DNA of 64,000 nt. Source: Clostridiales bacterium (lineage in GTDB: Bacteria > Bacillota > Clostridia > Lachnospirales > Lachnospiraceae). Position numbers and translations under genes: made by a program. The notes beneath the pieces are model-generated. The model was given only the letters and a program-made list of their open reading frames with translations. It did no database searches and was not told the origin of the DNA. Positions 52,400-62,992 of the stretch are shown here, in pieces; the stretch's first letter is position 1, and each line of letters opens with the position of its first letter. The DNA is taken from positions 861 through 64,860 of the forward strand of contig JAAYSQ010000042.1 of NCBI GenBank assembly GCA_012523925.1. Direction: 5' to 3'.

Positions 52400-52535
52400 T
52401 TGACATTTGCCTATTAGCCATATTATAATGGAGCAAATTGCCATGGAAAAGGCCCCCAGGTAAATCGACTAGACGTATTGATTATTGCAGGAATATTAAC
52501 ATGTTAATAGTTTGTGAAATCAGTACGTCTTTTTT
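52400..52535 (+). promoter_or_regulatory. sigma-A promoter with a short leader ending in an intrinsic terminator, upstream of gcvT
   Basis: TTGACA (52400-52405), 18 nt, TATAAT (52424-52429). AGACGTATTGATT/AATCAGTACGTCT stem plus T run. Confidence 0.7.
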
Positions 52536-52710
52536 CTTACAAAAATAATGACAATTTAAGTTTAAATTTGAAAGTACTTGATAGAATATATGATTAAGGA
52601 GTTAAAGTTTTTTACAGGCGGATCTAGGTTTTTGATGCTTTCAATTAATTAAGTGTCAAAGTGTAATGAATACACTATATTAGTATTATCTAAGTGAATT
52701 GGAGGATATT

Positions 52711-52767
52711 ATGAAGAAATTGAATCTTTACAATGTGAATATTAATTCGCGTGCAAGTTTGTATTAG
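52711..52767 (+). CDS. Candidate 18-aa leader peptide MKKLNLYNVNINSRASLY
   Basis: GGAGG at 52701-52705. The stop codon lies inside a hairpin (52753-52786) just before the gcvT RBS. Confidence 0.4.
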   Translation: MKKLNLYNVNINSRASLY

Positions 52768-52821
52768 CGCTGCGCTACAAACTTGTAATAAGCAAAAGGC
52801 AGCGTAGAAATGAGGATAAAT

Positions 52822-53934
52822 ATGGAGAAAAAAACACCCCTTTATGATAAGCATCTGCAGTACAAAGGGAAAATTGTACCCTATGCAGGCTATCTTTTAC
52901 CAGTACAATACCAAACAGGTGTAATTAAGGAACATATGGCGGTTCGCACGGCAGCAGGACTATTTGATGTATCTCACATGGGTGAAGTAACATTTACGGG
53001 TAAGGATGCATTGGATAATATCCAGAGGTTAGTTACTAATGATTGTAGCAAAATGGTCGATGGTCAGGTAAAGTATAGCCCCATGTGTAATGATAGTGGC
53101 GGAGTGGTTGATGACCTACTAATCTATCGTAAAAATGAGAATTCATACCTCGTTGTTGTTAATGCAGCGAACCGTCACAAGGATGTCGAATGGATAAAAG
53201 CACATTTATTTGGTGATGTTGAATTTACGGATATCTCAGATGAAGTAGCCCAGCTTGCCCTTCAAGGTCCTAATTCCGAAGTAATACTGAAAAAGCTCGC
53301 TGATTCTTCGAAGTTACCGGTTAAATATTATACATTTACGGATAATGTATCTGTAGCTGGGGTAAATTGCTTGGTTTCAAGGACTGGATATACCGGTGAA
53401 GATGGATATGAATTGTATTGTAAGCCTGAGGAAGCCACTAAGCTTTGGGATGCTCTGATGGAGGCTGGTAATCCAAAAGGCAATGTAAGTGGTGATGAGG
53501 AAACAAAGGAAGGATTAATCCCATGTGGATTGGGAGCGAGAGATACCTTACGGTTGGAAGCGGGAATGCCTCTATATGGGCATGAGATGGATGATGATAT
53601 AACGCCAATAGAATCCGGTATTGGGTTCACTGTTAAAATTGATAAAGAGGATTTTATTGGGAAGGCGGCTTTAGAAAATAGGGAGCTTACACGTAAGAGG
53701 GTTGGCTTGTCGATTACAGGTAGGGGTATTGTTAGGGAAAATTGCCCTGTTTATATAGGAGAAATGCAGATTGGAACTACAACATCTGGAACCCATTGTC
53801 CATACCTTGGTAAAGCAGTTGCCATGGCATTATTAGATATATCCTATACGGAAATTGGTAGACAGGTAGAAGTAGAGGTTAGAGGAAGAAGGATAGCAGC
53901 AGAAGTTGTAAGCTTACCTTTTTATAAGCGATAG
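52822..53934 (+). CDS. gcvT: Glycine cleavage system aminomethyltransferase T
   Basis: GLFDVSHMG, SRTGYTGEDGYE, GLGARDTLRLEAG. Confidence 0.97.
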   Translation: MEKKTPLYDKHLQYKGKIVPYAGYLLPVQYQTGVIKEHMAVRTAAGLFDVSHMGEVTFTGKDALDNIQRLVTNDCSKMVDGQVKYSPMCNDSGGVVDDLLIYRKNENSYLVVVNAANRHKDVEWIKAHLFGDVEFTDISDEVAQLALQGPNSEVILKKLADSSKLPVKYYTFTDNVSVAGVNCLVSRTGYTGEDGYELYCKPEEATKLWDALMEAGNPKGNVSGDEETKEGLIPCGLGARDTLRLEAGMPLYGHEMDDDITPIESGIGFTVKIDKEDFIGKAALENRELTRKRVGLSITGRGIVRENCPVYIGEMQIGTTTSGTHCPYLGKAVAMALLDISYTEIGRQVEVEVRGRRIAAEVVSLPFYKR

Positions 53935-54061
53935 TATCCTATGATTTATTAGATATAAGAGTTAAGCGTCTGCCTTCATATTTGCCATACAATTAATTGG
54001 GAAAATATTGTGATTAAGCAATTAAATAAATATGTTTAATATCGAACAGGAGGAAATCATT

Positions 54062-54436
54062 ATGAAGCAAGAACTTTTATTTAGCGAAAGCCACGAGTGG
54101 GTGCAATTTCTTGATGAAACCGTTGTTAGGATTGGCCTTACAGATTACGCACAAAGCGAGTTAGGTGATCTCGTATTCGTAAATCTTCCAGAGGAGGGTG
54201 ATGAGGTAACAGCAGGGGAACCCTTTGCGGATGTAGAGTCTGTAAAAGCAGTATCTGATGTATACAGCCCCGTAACTGGAATTGTAAGCAAAGTAAATGA
54301 AATACTATTAGATCAACCAGAACTAATTAATTCAGACCCTATGGAAGCCTGGCTTATTGAAGTGGAAGAGGTGAGCGAAAAGGAAGAATTATTGACGGAG
54401 GATGAATACAACGATTTCATAAGCAGGGAGGGATAG
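54062..54436 (+). CDS. gcvH: Glycine cleavage system H protein
   Basis: [18 protein letters not shown], lipoyl-Lys motif VESVKA. Confidence 0.96.
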   Translation: MKQELLFSESHEWVQFLDETVVRIGLTDYAQSELGDLVFVNLPEEGDEVTAGEPFADVESVKAVSDVYSPVTGIVSKVNEILLDQPELINSDPMEAWLIEVEEVSEKEELLTEDEYNDFISREG

Positions 54437-54437
54437 G

Positions 54438-55766
54438 ATGGGAAGCTATATACCAAATACCTTACAAGAACAGCAGGAAATGCTTCATTCGATTGGCAAG
54501 GAACAAATAGAGGATTTATTTACCCTTATACCAGAAAAAGTTCGTTTGAATAGAGAATTGAATTTACCCTCCGGATTATCCGAGATGGAAGTGAGTAATC
54601 GAATGCGAAAAATAGGGAAAAAAAACAATGTATTTAAATCTATTTTTCGTGGAGCAGGAGCCTATCGGCATTATATTCCTTCCATAGTAAAACAAATCAC
54701 CTCAAAGGAGGAGTTTGTTACTTCTTATACTCCTTATCAAGCGGAGATTAGTCAGGGTGTACTGCAGTCGATTTATGAATTTCAAACAATGATTTGTGAA
54801 CTGACCGGTATGGATGTTGCTAATGCCTCTGTCTATGATGGAGCTACTGCGGCGGCAGAAGCTATTGTTATGTGCCTTGAGCGAAAAAGAAGAAAAGTAG
54901 TGCTTACAGAAACCTTACACCCCCATACGATTGAAGTGATTAATAACTATTGCAGTGGGCTGGATATTGAGGTGGTAGTAGCGCCCAGCAATCAGGGGAA
55001 AACAGATCAGCAACAATTAGAGGAACTGTTAGATGATCGTACAGCTTGCCTTCTTATACAGCAACCCAATTATTATGGTCAACTTGAGGAATGTGATGAA
55101 ATAGGTGCCCTAGCCAAAGGTTGCGGGGCAAAATATATTATTAGTTGTAATCCTATTTCCTTAGGAATTCTGAAAACACCAGCAGAGTATGGTGCAGATA
55201 TTGCTATTGGAGAAGGACAGCCACTGGGGATACCACTGAGTTTTGGCGGTCCTTACCTTGGATTTATGGCGTCCAAAGAGAAGCTGATGCGTAAGCTACC
55301 GGGAAGAATTGTTGGTGAAACGAAGGATGCCTTAGGGAGAAAGGCATTTGTACTAACATTACAGGCCCGAGAACAACATATTCGTAGGGAGAAAGCCTCT
55401 AGTAATATTTGTTCTAATCAAGCACTTTGCGCCATGACAGCAGCGGTTTATCTTGATGCTATGGGAAGCAAGGGACTTACCCAGGCAGCGATGTTATCCA
55501 TGTCCAAAGCTCATTATCTAGCAGATCAACTTTGCAAAATTAATGGTTTTAAGATGGTTTATGAGGGAGAATATTTCAACGAATTTGTAACTTCTTGCCC
55601 TGGCAATGTGAATAAAGTACTAGGTGAACTGGAACGACATGGAATTCTTGGTGGATATCCGCTTACCGGAAAGCATGAAGGCCATATTCTATGGTGCGCA
55701 ACCGAGGTAAATACCAAGGAAGAGATAGATACTTTAGTTGCTATTCTTAAGGAGGTGGCGGTATGA
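54438..55766 (+). CDS. gcvPA: Glycine dehydrogenase subunit 1
   Basis: [36 protein letters not shown]. Confidence 0.96.
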   Translation: MGSYIPNTLQEQQEMLHSIGKEQIEDLFTLIPEKVRLNRELNLPSGLSEMEVSNRMRKIGKKNNVFKSIFRGAGAYRHYIPSIVKQITSKEEFVTSYTPYQAEISQGVLQSIYEFQTMICELTGMDVANASVYDGATAAAEAIVMCLERKRRKVVLTETLHPHTIEVINNYCSGLDIEVVVAPSNQGKTDQQQLEELLDDRTACLLIQQPNYYGQLEECDEIGALAKGCGAKYIISCNPISLGILKTPAEYGADIAIGEGQPLGIPLSFGGPYLGFMASKEKLMRKLPGRIVGETKDALGRKAFVLTLQAREQHIRREKASSNICSNQALCAMTAAVYLDAMGSKGLTQAAMLSMSKAHYLADQLCKINGFKMVYEGEYFNEFVTSCPGNVNKVLGELERHGILGGYPLTGKHEGHILWCATEVNTKEEIDTLVAILKEVAV

Positions 55767-57214
55767 AACTAATATTCGAAAAGGGTATGGAAGGGAGAGG
55801 TTGCACACTTCTGCCACCAAGTGATGTTCCTCTTATCCAATTAGGTGAGAAACATAAAAGAAAGCAAGAACTTCATCTGCCAGAGGTAAGTGAAACTGAA
55901 CTAAGCCGCCATTATACTGAACTTATGAAACGTACCTTCGGTGTCAACGATGGTTTCTATCCTTTGGGTTCTTGTACGATGAAATACAATCCCAAGATTA
56001 ATGAAGAGATTGCTAAAATGCCGGAATTTGCCGATATCCATCCACTTCAGCCGGAGCATACTATTCAGGGATGCCTTGAGGTAATGGTACTAGCGGAGAA
56101 GTATTTAAGTGAGATTACCGGTATGGATCGGTTTACATTCCAGCCGGCAGCAGGTGCCCACGGTGAGTATACCGGTTTACAATTAATAAGAGCCTATCAT
56201 GAAGCCAAAGGTAATGTGAAACGAGATAAAATTCTTGTTCCTGACTCTGCCCATGGCACCAATCCAGCTAGTGCTGTTATGGCTGGCTTTACAGTTATTA
56301 ATGTTCCTTCGACTAAGGATGGTTACGTAGATGTTGAGGAACTTCGAAAAGCTGCTGGTGATGATACGGCTGGATTTATGTTGACTAATCCCAATACACT
56401 GGGATTATTTGAAGAGAATATATTAGAAATTACGGAAATAATTCATCAAGCAGGTGGTTTAAATTACTACGATGGAGCGAATTTAAATGCAATCATGGGT
56501 ATTGCAAGGCCGGGAGATATGGGGTTTGATGTTGTGCATCTCAACCTTCATAAGACATTTTCCACTCCCCATGGAGGAGGAGGGCCTGGAAGCGGACCTG
56601 TTGGTTGTAAGGAAATCCTAGCAGATTATCTTCCAAGTCCATGCATAATTGAAAATGACGATGGAAACTATCACTTGGAATTCAATAAAGAAGGTAGTAT
56701 AGGAAGAGTAAAAGCATTCTACGGAAATTTCCTGGTTGTAGTCAGGGCTCTCACCTATATTTTGACCCTTGGTAAGGAAGGGTTAAAACATGCTTCGGAA
56801 AGTGCAGTACTCAATGCCAACTACATGATGCATCATTTAAAGGATACCTATCCGATTCCATTTCCAGATAAATGCATGCATGAGTTTGTGATTTCTCTAG
56901 AAGAATTAAAGAAGGAGAAAGGTGTTACGGCCTTGGATATTGCTAAAGCAATGCTGGATCATGGAATACACCCACCAACCATGTATTTCCCATTAATTAT
57001 TCCGGAAGCATTGATGGTGGAACCGACGGAGACGGAAACAAAAGAAACATTGGATGAGGTTATAGAAATTTACAAAAAGATTTATAAAGAAGCCGTAGAT
57101 CATCCAGAGGCCATGCGTGATTATCCAAGGAATACGATAATTGGAAGGCCGGATGAAGTTGCAGCAGCACGTAAGCCAGTACTAAGATATCGTTATGATG
57201 GTGCATCCAACTAG
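55763..57214 (+). CDS. gcvPB: Glycine dehydrogenase subunit 2
   Basis: [38 protein letters not shown]. Confidence 0.96.
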   Translation: MKLIFEKGMEGRGCTLLPPSDVPLIQLGEKHKRKQELHLPEVSETELSRHYTELMKRTFGVNDGFYPLGSCTMKYNPKINEEIAKMPEFADIHPLQPEHTIQGCLEVMVLAEKYLSEITGMDRFTFQPAAGAHGEYTGLQLIRAYHEAKGNVKRDKILVPDSAHGTNPASAVMAGFTVINVPSTKDGYVDVEELRKAAGDDTAGFMLTNPNTLGLFEENILEITEIIHQAGGLNYYDGANLNAIMGIARPGDMGFDVVHLNLHKTFSTPHGGGGPGSGPVGCKEILADYLPSPCIIENDDGNYHLEFNKEGSIGRVKAFYGNFLVVVRALTYILTLGKEGLKHASESAVLNANYMMHHLKDTYPIPFPDKCMHEFVISLEELKKEKGVTALDIAKAMLDHGIHPPTMYFPLIIPEALMVEPTETETKETLDEVIEIYKKIYKEAVDHPEAMRDYPRNTIIGRPDEVAAARKPVLRYRYDGASN

Positions 57215-57419
57215 ATCGAAAAGCGATATATTAGCTTACAATATTTAAGAGTATTATAATTTCAAATAATATTTAAAAAGATGATTGGTTCGGATGTAAT
57301 TTCTCGAACCAATCGATTATTAAAGATAGAAATTTTAGATACAAATTTAGATGTTTTGATAAGAGTATATGCCTAAATAAAGTTCATGAAGTTCATGTGA
57401 GGATAGAAAGAGGAAGAAC

Positions 57420-58412
57420 TTGATTACAAATATTCGATATATTATCAGTAAGGAAAACGATCCATATGCAAATCTTGCTCTTGAAGAGTATTTATTAAAG
57501 AATGTAGGAGAGCAGGAATGTATCCTATACCTATGGCAGAATGAAAAAACCGTCGTAATAGGGAAGAATCAGAATCCATGGAAAGAATGCAAATTCACAG
57601 AATTAGAGAAGGACGGTGGAAAATTAGCTCGCCGTTTATCTGGAGGTGGAGCTGTATTTCATGATTTGGGAAATCTAAATTTTACTTTCCTCGTTCGTAA
57701 AGAGAATTATGATCTTGAAAAACAGTTGGAAGTTATTTTAAAAGCCGTGAACCATCTTGGAATTCCGGCTGAAAAATCAGGACGTAATGATATCACGGTG
57801 GATGGTAGGAAATTCTCTGGTAATGCTTTTTATTCCGATGGTATACATAATTATCATCATGGAACCATATTAGTCCATGTAGATATGCGTATGCTTTCCC
57901 ATTACCTAAATGTAGCAAAGGATAAACTGGTATCTAAAGGTGTTGACTCTGTTAGATCCCGGGTTGTGAATTTGCAGGAGTATCGGCCGGATTTGAACAT
58001 AGATACCATGAAAGAAGAATTGATTCTAGCCTTTGGCAAAGTTTATGGACTTCATCCCCAGCCTTTGGAACTGGAGTTAATAAATGATAAGGAGATCGAC
58101 AAAGGGGTTGAGAAGTTCTCGTCTTGGGAATGGATCTTTGGTCGGAAAATAGAATTTAGCGATACCTTTGGACGCAGATTTTCATGGGGCAATATCGAAT
58201 TACAGTTTTGTGTTGTGGCAGGAATTATTAAAGAATGCGCTGTTTACTCTGATTCTTTATATACGGAATATATAGAACAAATCTCATCCCATATAATAGG
58301 AAAATCATTTACCGCAGATACTATGGAAGAAGTTTTGCATGAAATGCCAGTGGATGAGAATACTAAAGTGATACAAGAAGATATCATAACATTAATTAGG
58401 GAAGAGTTTTAA
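57420..58412 (+). CDS. lplA: Lipoate-protein ligase
   Basis: NLALEE, RRLSGGGAVFHDLGN, GRKFSGNA, HHGT. Confidence 0.93.
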   Translation: MITNIRYIISKENDPYANLALEEYLLKNVGEQECILYLWQNEKTVVIGKNQNPWKECKFTELEKDGGKLARRLSGGGAVFHDLGNLNFTFLVRKENYDLEKQLEVILKAVNHLGIPAEKSGRNDITVDGRKFSGNAFYSDGIHNYHHGTILVHVDMRMLSHYLNVAKDKLVSKGVDSVRSRVVNLQEYRPDLNIDTMKEELILAFGKVYGLHPQPLELELINDKEIDKGVEKFSSWEWIFGRKIEFSDTFGRRFSWGNIELQFCVVAGIIKECAVYSDSLYTEYIEQISSHIIGKSFTADTMEEVLHEMPVDENTKVIQEDIITLIREEF

Positions 58413-58523
58413 AATAAACAAGTAATTTCTACCGGATATCGATAGATGGTAGTTTAAATGAAATAAAGGAGGAAATTAAGCTCTCCTTGGTAATCGAGTA
58501 TGCTAGAAAGGTGGCAGGGAAGT

Positions 58524-59933
58524 ATGCAGGAAAGATATGATTTAATAGTAATTGGATCCGGGCCTGGAGGTTATGTTGCAGCAATCAAAGCGGCGAAAAT
58601 GGGCATGAAGACAGCAATCGTTGAGAGAAGAGAAATCGGTGGAACTTGCCTAAATCGAGGATGTATACCAACTAAAACTTTAATGTATAGTTCCCACCTG
58701 TATGCAATAGCCAAAGAATTTCAGGAGCTGGGGATACATTGTTCTGGACTGAGCTATGATTTAAACAGGATTCAGGACCGTAAGGACCAGGTTGTAGATA
58801 AGATTCGTAAGGGGACGAAATCCCTATTAGAATCAAACGGGGTTACAATTATTGAAGGAAATGCCACCATTATGGATGCAGATAGCATACGTATTCAGAA
58901 TGCGGATGAAGAAACCTTTCTTACAACTGATCGTATTCTTATCGCCACCGGCTCTAATCCAATCATTCCTGCTATAGAAGGAATAAACTCAAAGAATGTG
59001 ATAACTAGTGATGAACTTCTATCACAAAGGGATCAGCTTTATTCAAAGCTGATTATTATTGGTGGTGGTGTGATTGGAATTGAGTTGGCTACCTTTTACC
59101 TAGAGATGGGTTCAGCCGTAGAAATTATTGAGGCGGCGGATAGAATCCTTCCCAATATGGAAAAGGAAGTATCCCAGAGTGTTGCTATGAATCTTAAGAA
59201 AAAAGGAGCAATTATCCATACGAAAGCGAAGGTAGTTAAAATTATTGAGGATTCAGACAATAGCCTAATTTGCGAATATGAAGAAAAGAGTGGGCAAAAG
59301 TCCACTTCTGCAAAAGGGATATTAGTAGCCGTAGGAAGACGGGCAAATACAGAAGGATTGTTTGGGAATGACATTTCGATAGCTATGGATGGAGCACACA
59401 TAAAAGTTAATGAAAAATTTCAAACAAGTATAGATAATATCTATGCTATTGGAGATGTTATAAAAGGCAGACAGCTTGCCCATGCGGCATCGGCACAGGG
59501 GATTGCTACGGTAGAAATCATGAATAATCAAACCCCTTCAATCCATTTGGATATCATTCCATCTTGTATCTACACTTCACCCGAAGTGGCTGTGGTGGGA
59601 ATGTCAGAGGAAGAAGCAAAGGCTAATGACTTAGAAATTAAAGTTGGTAAATATCCAATGTTAGGTAATAGTAAGACCATCTTATCTACCGGAGAGAGAG
59701 GTTTTGTCAAAGTAATATCAGATACTGCAAGCGGCCGTATTATAGGAGCGACCCTTTTCTGTGAAAGGGCAACGGATATGGTAGGTGAATTGGCTACAGC
59801 AATTGCCAATGGTTTAACGAGCCAGGATTTAGCATCTGTTATTCGGCCACATCCAACATATGAGGAGGCAATCACGGAGGCAGTGGAGGATATCGGAGGA
59901 ATGGCAATACACCTAATGCCTAGGAGACGTTGA
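58524..59933 (+). CDS. lpdA: Dihydrolipoyl dehydrogenase
   Basis: GSGPGGYVAA, GGTCLNRGCIP, HPTYEE. Confidence 0.95.
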   Translation: MQERYDLIVIGSGPGGYVAAIKAAKMGMKTAIVERREIGGTCLNRGCIPTKTLMYSSHLYAIAKEFQELGIHCSGLSYDLNRIQDRKDQVVDKIRKGTKSLLESNGVTIIEGNATIMDADSIRIQNADEETFLTTDRILIATGSNPIIPAIEGINSKNVITSDELLSQRDQLYSKLIIIGGGVIGIELATFYLEMGSAVEIIEAADRILPNMEKEVSQSVAMNLKKKGAIIHTKAKVVKIIEDSDNSLICEYEEKSGQKSTSAKGILVAVGRRANTEGLFGNDISIAMDGAHIKVNEKFQTSIDNIYAIGDVIKGRQLAHAASAQGIATVEIMNNQTPSIHLDIIPSCIYTSPEVAVVGMSEEEAKANDLEIKVGKYPMLGNSKTILSTGERGFVKVISDTASGRIIGATLFCERATDMVGELATAIANGLTSQDLASVIRPHPTYEEAITEAVEDIGGMAIHLMPRRR

Positions 59934-59999
59934 AGAATTAATGAAGTAAAGAAAAATTATTACGCGATTTAGATTTATTAAAAAAATAAAAGTTTCCTC

Positions 60000-60028
60000 T
60001 TGACAAAAGATTATCCTCTGGATATAAT
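60000..60028 (+). promoter_or_regulatory. Consensus sigma-A promoter of the tRNA pair
   Basis: TTGACA-17-TATAAT with an A-rich UP region. Confidence 0.85.
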
Positions 60029-60111
60029 AGAAAAGTGCCTTTTCGAGAGGCGCAAAACAAAGTAAAATGTCGAATAATCTAGCGCATATGCATGGATCGT
60101 ATTTTGCTTCC

Positions 60112-60184
60112 GGGATCTTAGCTCAGCTGGGAGAGCATCTGCCTTACAAGCAGAGGGTCATAGGTTCGAGCCCTATAGGTCCCA
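60112..60184 (+). tRNA. tRNA-Val(TAC)
   Basis: Cloverleaf with anticodon arm TCTGC-CTTACAA-GCAGA and GGTTCGAGCC T-arm. Confidence 0.97.
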
Positions 60185-60187
60185 TAT

Positions 60188-60261
60188 GGCGAAGTAGCTC
60201 AGTTGGCGAGAGCACACGGTTCATACCCGTGGTGTCGGGGGTTCAAATCCCTCCTTCGCTA
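60188..60261 (+). tRNA. tRNA-Met(CAT), elongator type
   Basis: Anticodon arm CACGG-TTCATAC-CCGTG. The 1:72 position is paired and the three consecutive G:C pairs of initiator tRNA are absent. Confidence 0.93.
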
Positions 60262-60267
60262 TTATTC

Positions 60268-60311
60268 AATAGAGTTATAAAACTAATTTCTAGTTTTATA
60301 ACTCTATTTTT
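60268..60311 (+). terminator. tRNA operon terminator
   Basis: AATAGAGTTATAAAACTA/TAGTTTTATAACTCTATT plus T run. Confidence 0.85.
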
Positions 60312-60545
60312 GTTTTTACAACTTTATAAAATTATCTATTTCGATATAGAATAAACACCTTTTAACCAAACTAGACAGAGAATTAAAAATAGCCTATGAT
60401 AGTATTTGTAATAAACTGTGTATAGCTTAGTAAATATTTAAGGTATACTACAAAATGATGAGTGTTTTATTTAGCATATGAAGAGTATAATATGCGAAAA
60501 AGCCATATATTAATATATTGTTCTTATATAGAAAGTTGGTGAATA

Positions 60546-61184
60546 ATGCCTAATGTGATCTTAGAAACAAAAAAATTATCTTTTTTAAACAATATACATT
60601 ATCAGGATATTCAAATACTAAAAGATAAAGTTAATTTTATCGTGGGTAGCAGTGGTGCGGGTAAATCCACTCTGCTTCGACTATTCAATGGTATGTTGAC
60701 ACCTAGTGGAGGGGAGATTTTCTACAATGGTCAGCGGTTAACCCAAATAGATACCATAGAATTAAGGAAAGAAATATCCTTAATCAGTCAGTCCGTTTAT
60801 CTGTTTGATTCATCCATTCGGGATAATTTCCGGCAATTTTATGAATATAGGGGAATGGAAGTACCGAGCGAAGAATATATGAGTAAGTTTTTGCGGATGT
60901 GTCAAATCCAATTTCCTTTCGATAAGGATTGTACAACCATGTCCGGTGGAGAGAGACAAAGAGTTTATACGGCAATCTTTTTATCCTTTTTACCCAAAGT
61001 TATCATGTTGGATGAACCAACCTCCGCTTTGGACAAAGAAAATAGTAAAAAGGTAATTCAGAATATAGTTGATTTCTGCAAAGAAAAGGAAATCTCAATT
61101 ATTATTGTTAGCCATGATAATCAAATTGTTGATACATTTGCAGAAAATATTATTCGGATTGGAGAGGAGGGGGATAATGAATAG
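60546..61184 (+). CDS. ABC ATP-binding protein (FetA/YbbL-like)
   Basis: GSSGAGKS, MSGGERQR, LDEPTSALD. Confidence 0.88.
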   Translation: MPNVILETKKLSFLNNIHYQDIQILKDKVNFIVGSSGAGKSTLLRLFNGMLTPSGGEIFYNGQRLTQIDTIELRKEISLISQSVYLFDSSIRDNFRQFYEYRGMEVPSEEYMSKFLRMCQIQFPFDKDCTTMSGGERQRVYTAIFLSFLPKVIMLDEPTSALDKENSKKVIQNIVDFCKEKEISIIIVSHDNQIVDTFAENIIRIGEEGDNE

Positions 61185-61950
61185 TATTATTAAATTAAAT
61201 ATAATGCAATTTAGTTTAATCTACTTGCTTTTGATTATTATTTTGGCAATTATGAAGAAATCGAAAATTAACCAGATGAAATTTCTCATTGTTGCCAGTT
61301 TAAGAATGACAGTTCAATTGGTACTTGCAGGGTTTATTCTTACCTATGTTTTTAAAAAACCTCATCCTCTATTTGTGATTTTGTATTTAATAGCTATGAT
61401 TATATTCTCAATTGGGAGAGTGCTTTCGAAAAACAGGGAAATAAACCGAAATTTTAAAATTGCAATATCTTTATCTCTGGCCCTTTCAGGACTATTTATT
61501 CTTGCATACTTTGTATTAGTAGTTGTGGGAGAGAGTTTCTTTAATCCGCAATATACGATACCACTTGCAGGTATGATTATTGGTAACTCCATGACCGGTG
61601 TTACTCTTGGAATGAAAACTTTTACAGAAAATTTAAAAAGTCAAAGGAATAGAATTGATGCGCTCTTAAATTTGGGGGTTGAACCAAAGAAAATATTACT
61701 TCCCTTTGTTAACAGTGCACTGGAAACTGCCTTGCTTCCGACGATGAACAATATGATCGGCATGGGTATCATTTCCCTACCTGGCATGATGACCGGACAA
61801 ATACTTTCTGGAACGGAACCGACGACGGCGATTATGTACCAAATTGCGATTATGATTGCCATTTGTACATCGGTTTGCCTAACCGTATTTTGTGCATTGA
61901 ATTTCGGCTATCGAACCTTATATAATGAACGTAATCAGATCCATTTTTAG
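61177..61950 (+). CDS. UPF0014/FetB-like ABC permease
   Basis: RMTVQL..GFIL, PQYTIPLAGMIIGNSM, LPGMMTGQILSG. Confidence 0.88.
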   Translation: MNSIIKLNIMQFSLIYLLLIIILAIMKKSKINQMKFLIVASLRMTVQLVLAGFILTYVFKKPHPLFVILYLIAMIIFSIGRVLSKNREINRNFKIAISLSLALSGLFILAYFVLVVVGESFFNPQYTIPLAGMIIGNSMTGVTLGMKTFTENLKSQRNRIDALLNLGVEPKKILLPFVNSALETALLPTMNNMIGMGIISLPGMMTGQILSGTEPTTAIMYQIAIMIAICTSVCLTVFCALNFGYRTLYNERNQIHF

Positions 61951-62000
61951 TTCGGATTGTGATGAGATAGTCAATCCTGTTGAACGCTGATAGTGAGTAT

Positions 62001-62043
62001 AATGCCGACTGAGTATGATATATAACTCAGTCGGCATTTTTTT
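62001..62043 (+). terminator. Intrinsic terminator
   Basis: AATGCCGACTGAGT/ACTCAGTCGGCATT plus T run. Confidence 0.85.
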
Positions 62044-62205
62044 AAGGAAATTGCTCTGCTTCTATATTCTTTGCAGATATATATTAAGTTAATCTGAATG
62101 TCCAATGCTTCTTTTACATCTTGTTTGACATTTCGACATATATTGCTATAATAAATAAGTATTAGACATATTGAACAAAAAAACCGGAAAAGGGGATATT
62201 TATCT

Positions 62206-62937
62206 ATGAAAATTTTATTTATACGTCATGGTGAGCCCGATTATAAACATGATTCTCTCACACAAAAAGGCTTTAAGGAAGCAAAGATATTGGCAGATTA
62301 TCTAGAAACGATTGAAGTCCGCGACTACTATTGCTCCCCCTTGGGTCGGGCTAAGGCTACAGCTAGTGATACATTAAAAAGGCTTAATAGAGAAGCAACT
62401 ATTTATGACTGGCTACGGGAGTTTCCGGGTTACATAATAGACGAACAAACGAAAGAACATAGAATTCCTTGGGATTTGATGCCTGCAGCTTGGACAAATC
62501 AACCTTTCATCTACGATAAAGATAAATGGTTACAAAGTCCCCTTATGGCCAGTGGGGATATTAAAGATAAATATTTTAATGTTACAAAAAATATGGATAC
62601 GCTTTTAGCTTCTTATGGCTATCATAGAAATCAAAATTATTATAAATGCAGTGAAGGCAATCAAGATACAATCGTTATCTTTTGCCACTTTGGAGTGATA
62701 TGTGTGATTTTATCCCATTTGCTTGGTATAGCTGCTCCAGCCTTATGGCATGGCTTTTATGTTGCACCCGCTTCGATCACAACTATTGTTACGGAAGAGA
62801 GGGTGAAAGGTGAAGTATATTTTCGATGTCAGGGAGTTGGTGACACCTCTCATTTATATGCAGCTAATGAGCCAGCTTCTACAGCAGGATTTTTTCAAGA
62901 AGTTTATGGAGCACCATTTTGGCAAAAAACAGTGTAA
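62206..62937 (+). CDS. Histidine phosphatase family protein
   Basis: RHGEPDY, SPLGRA, FCHFG. Confidence 0.88.
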   Translation: MKILFIRHGEPDYKHDSLTQKGFKEAKILADYLETIEVRDYYCSPLGRAKATASDTLKRLNREATIYDWLREFPGYIIDEQTKEHRIPWDLMPAAWTNQPFIYDKDKWLQSPLMASGDIKDKYFNVTKNMDTLLASYGYHRNQNYYKCSEGNQDTIVIFCHFGVICVILSHLLGIAAPALWHGFYVAPASITTIVTEERVKGEVYFRCQGVGDTSHLYAANEPASTAGFFQEVYGAPFWQKTV

Positions 62938-62992
62938 TACATATACTGTTTGATTTTACGGATTAATAGGACTAGCTTATTAAGGAGACTAA

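Noticed and set aside
52430-52470. Canonical glycine riboswitch
   Set aside because: No GGAGA or CCGAAG 5' elements, and GGAGCAA overlaps the inferred transcription start. Kept only as a candidate novel leader.
58435-58447. GATATCGATAGAT matching the reverse complement of copy B's apical loop
   Set aside because: Only 13 low-complexity nt, and no other motif elements flank it.
60067-60354. 95-aa ORF in the track
   Set aside because: Overlaps tRNA-Val, tRNA-Met and their terminator.
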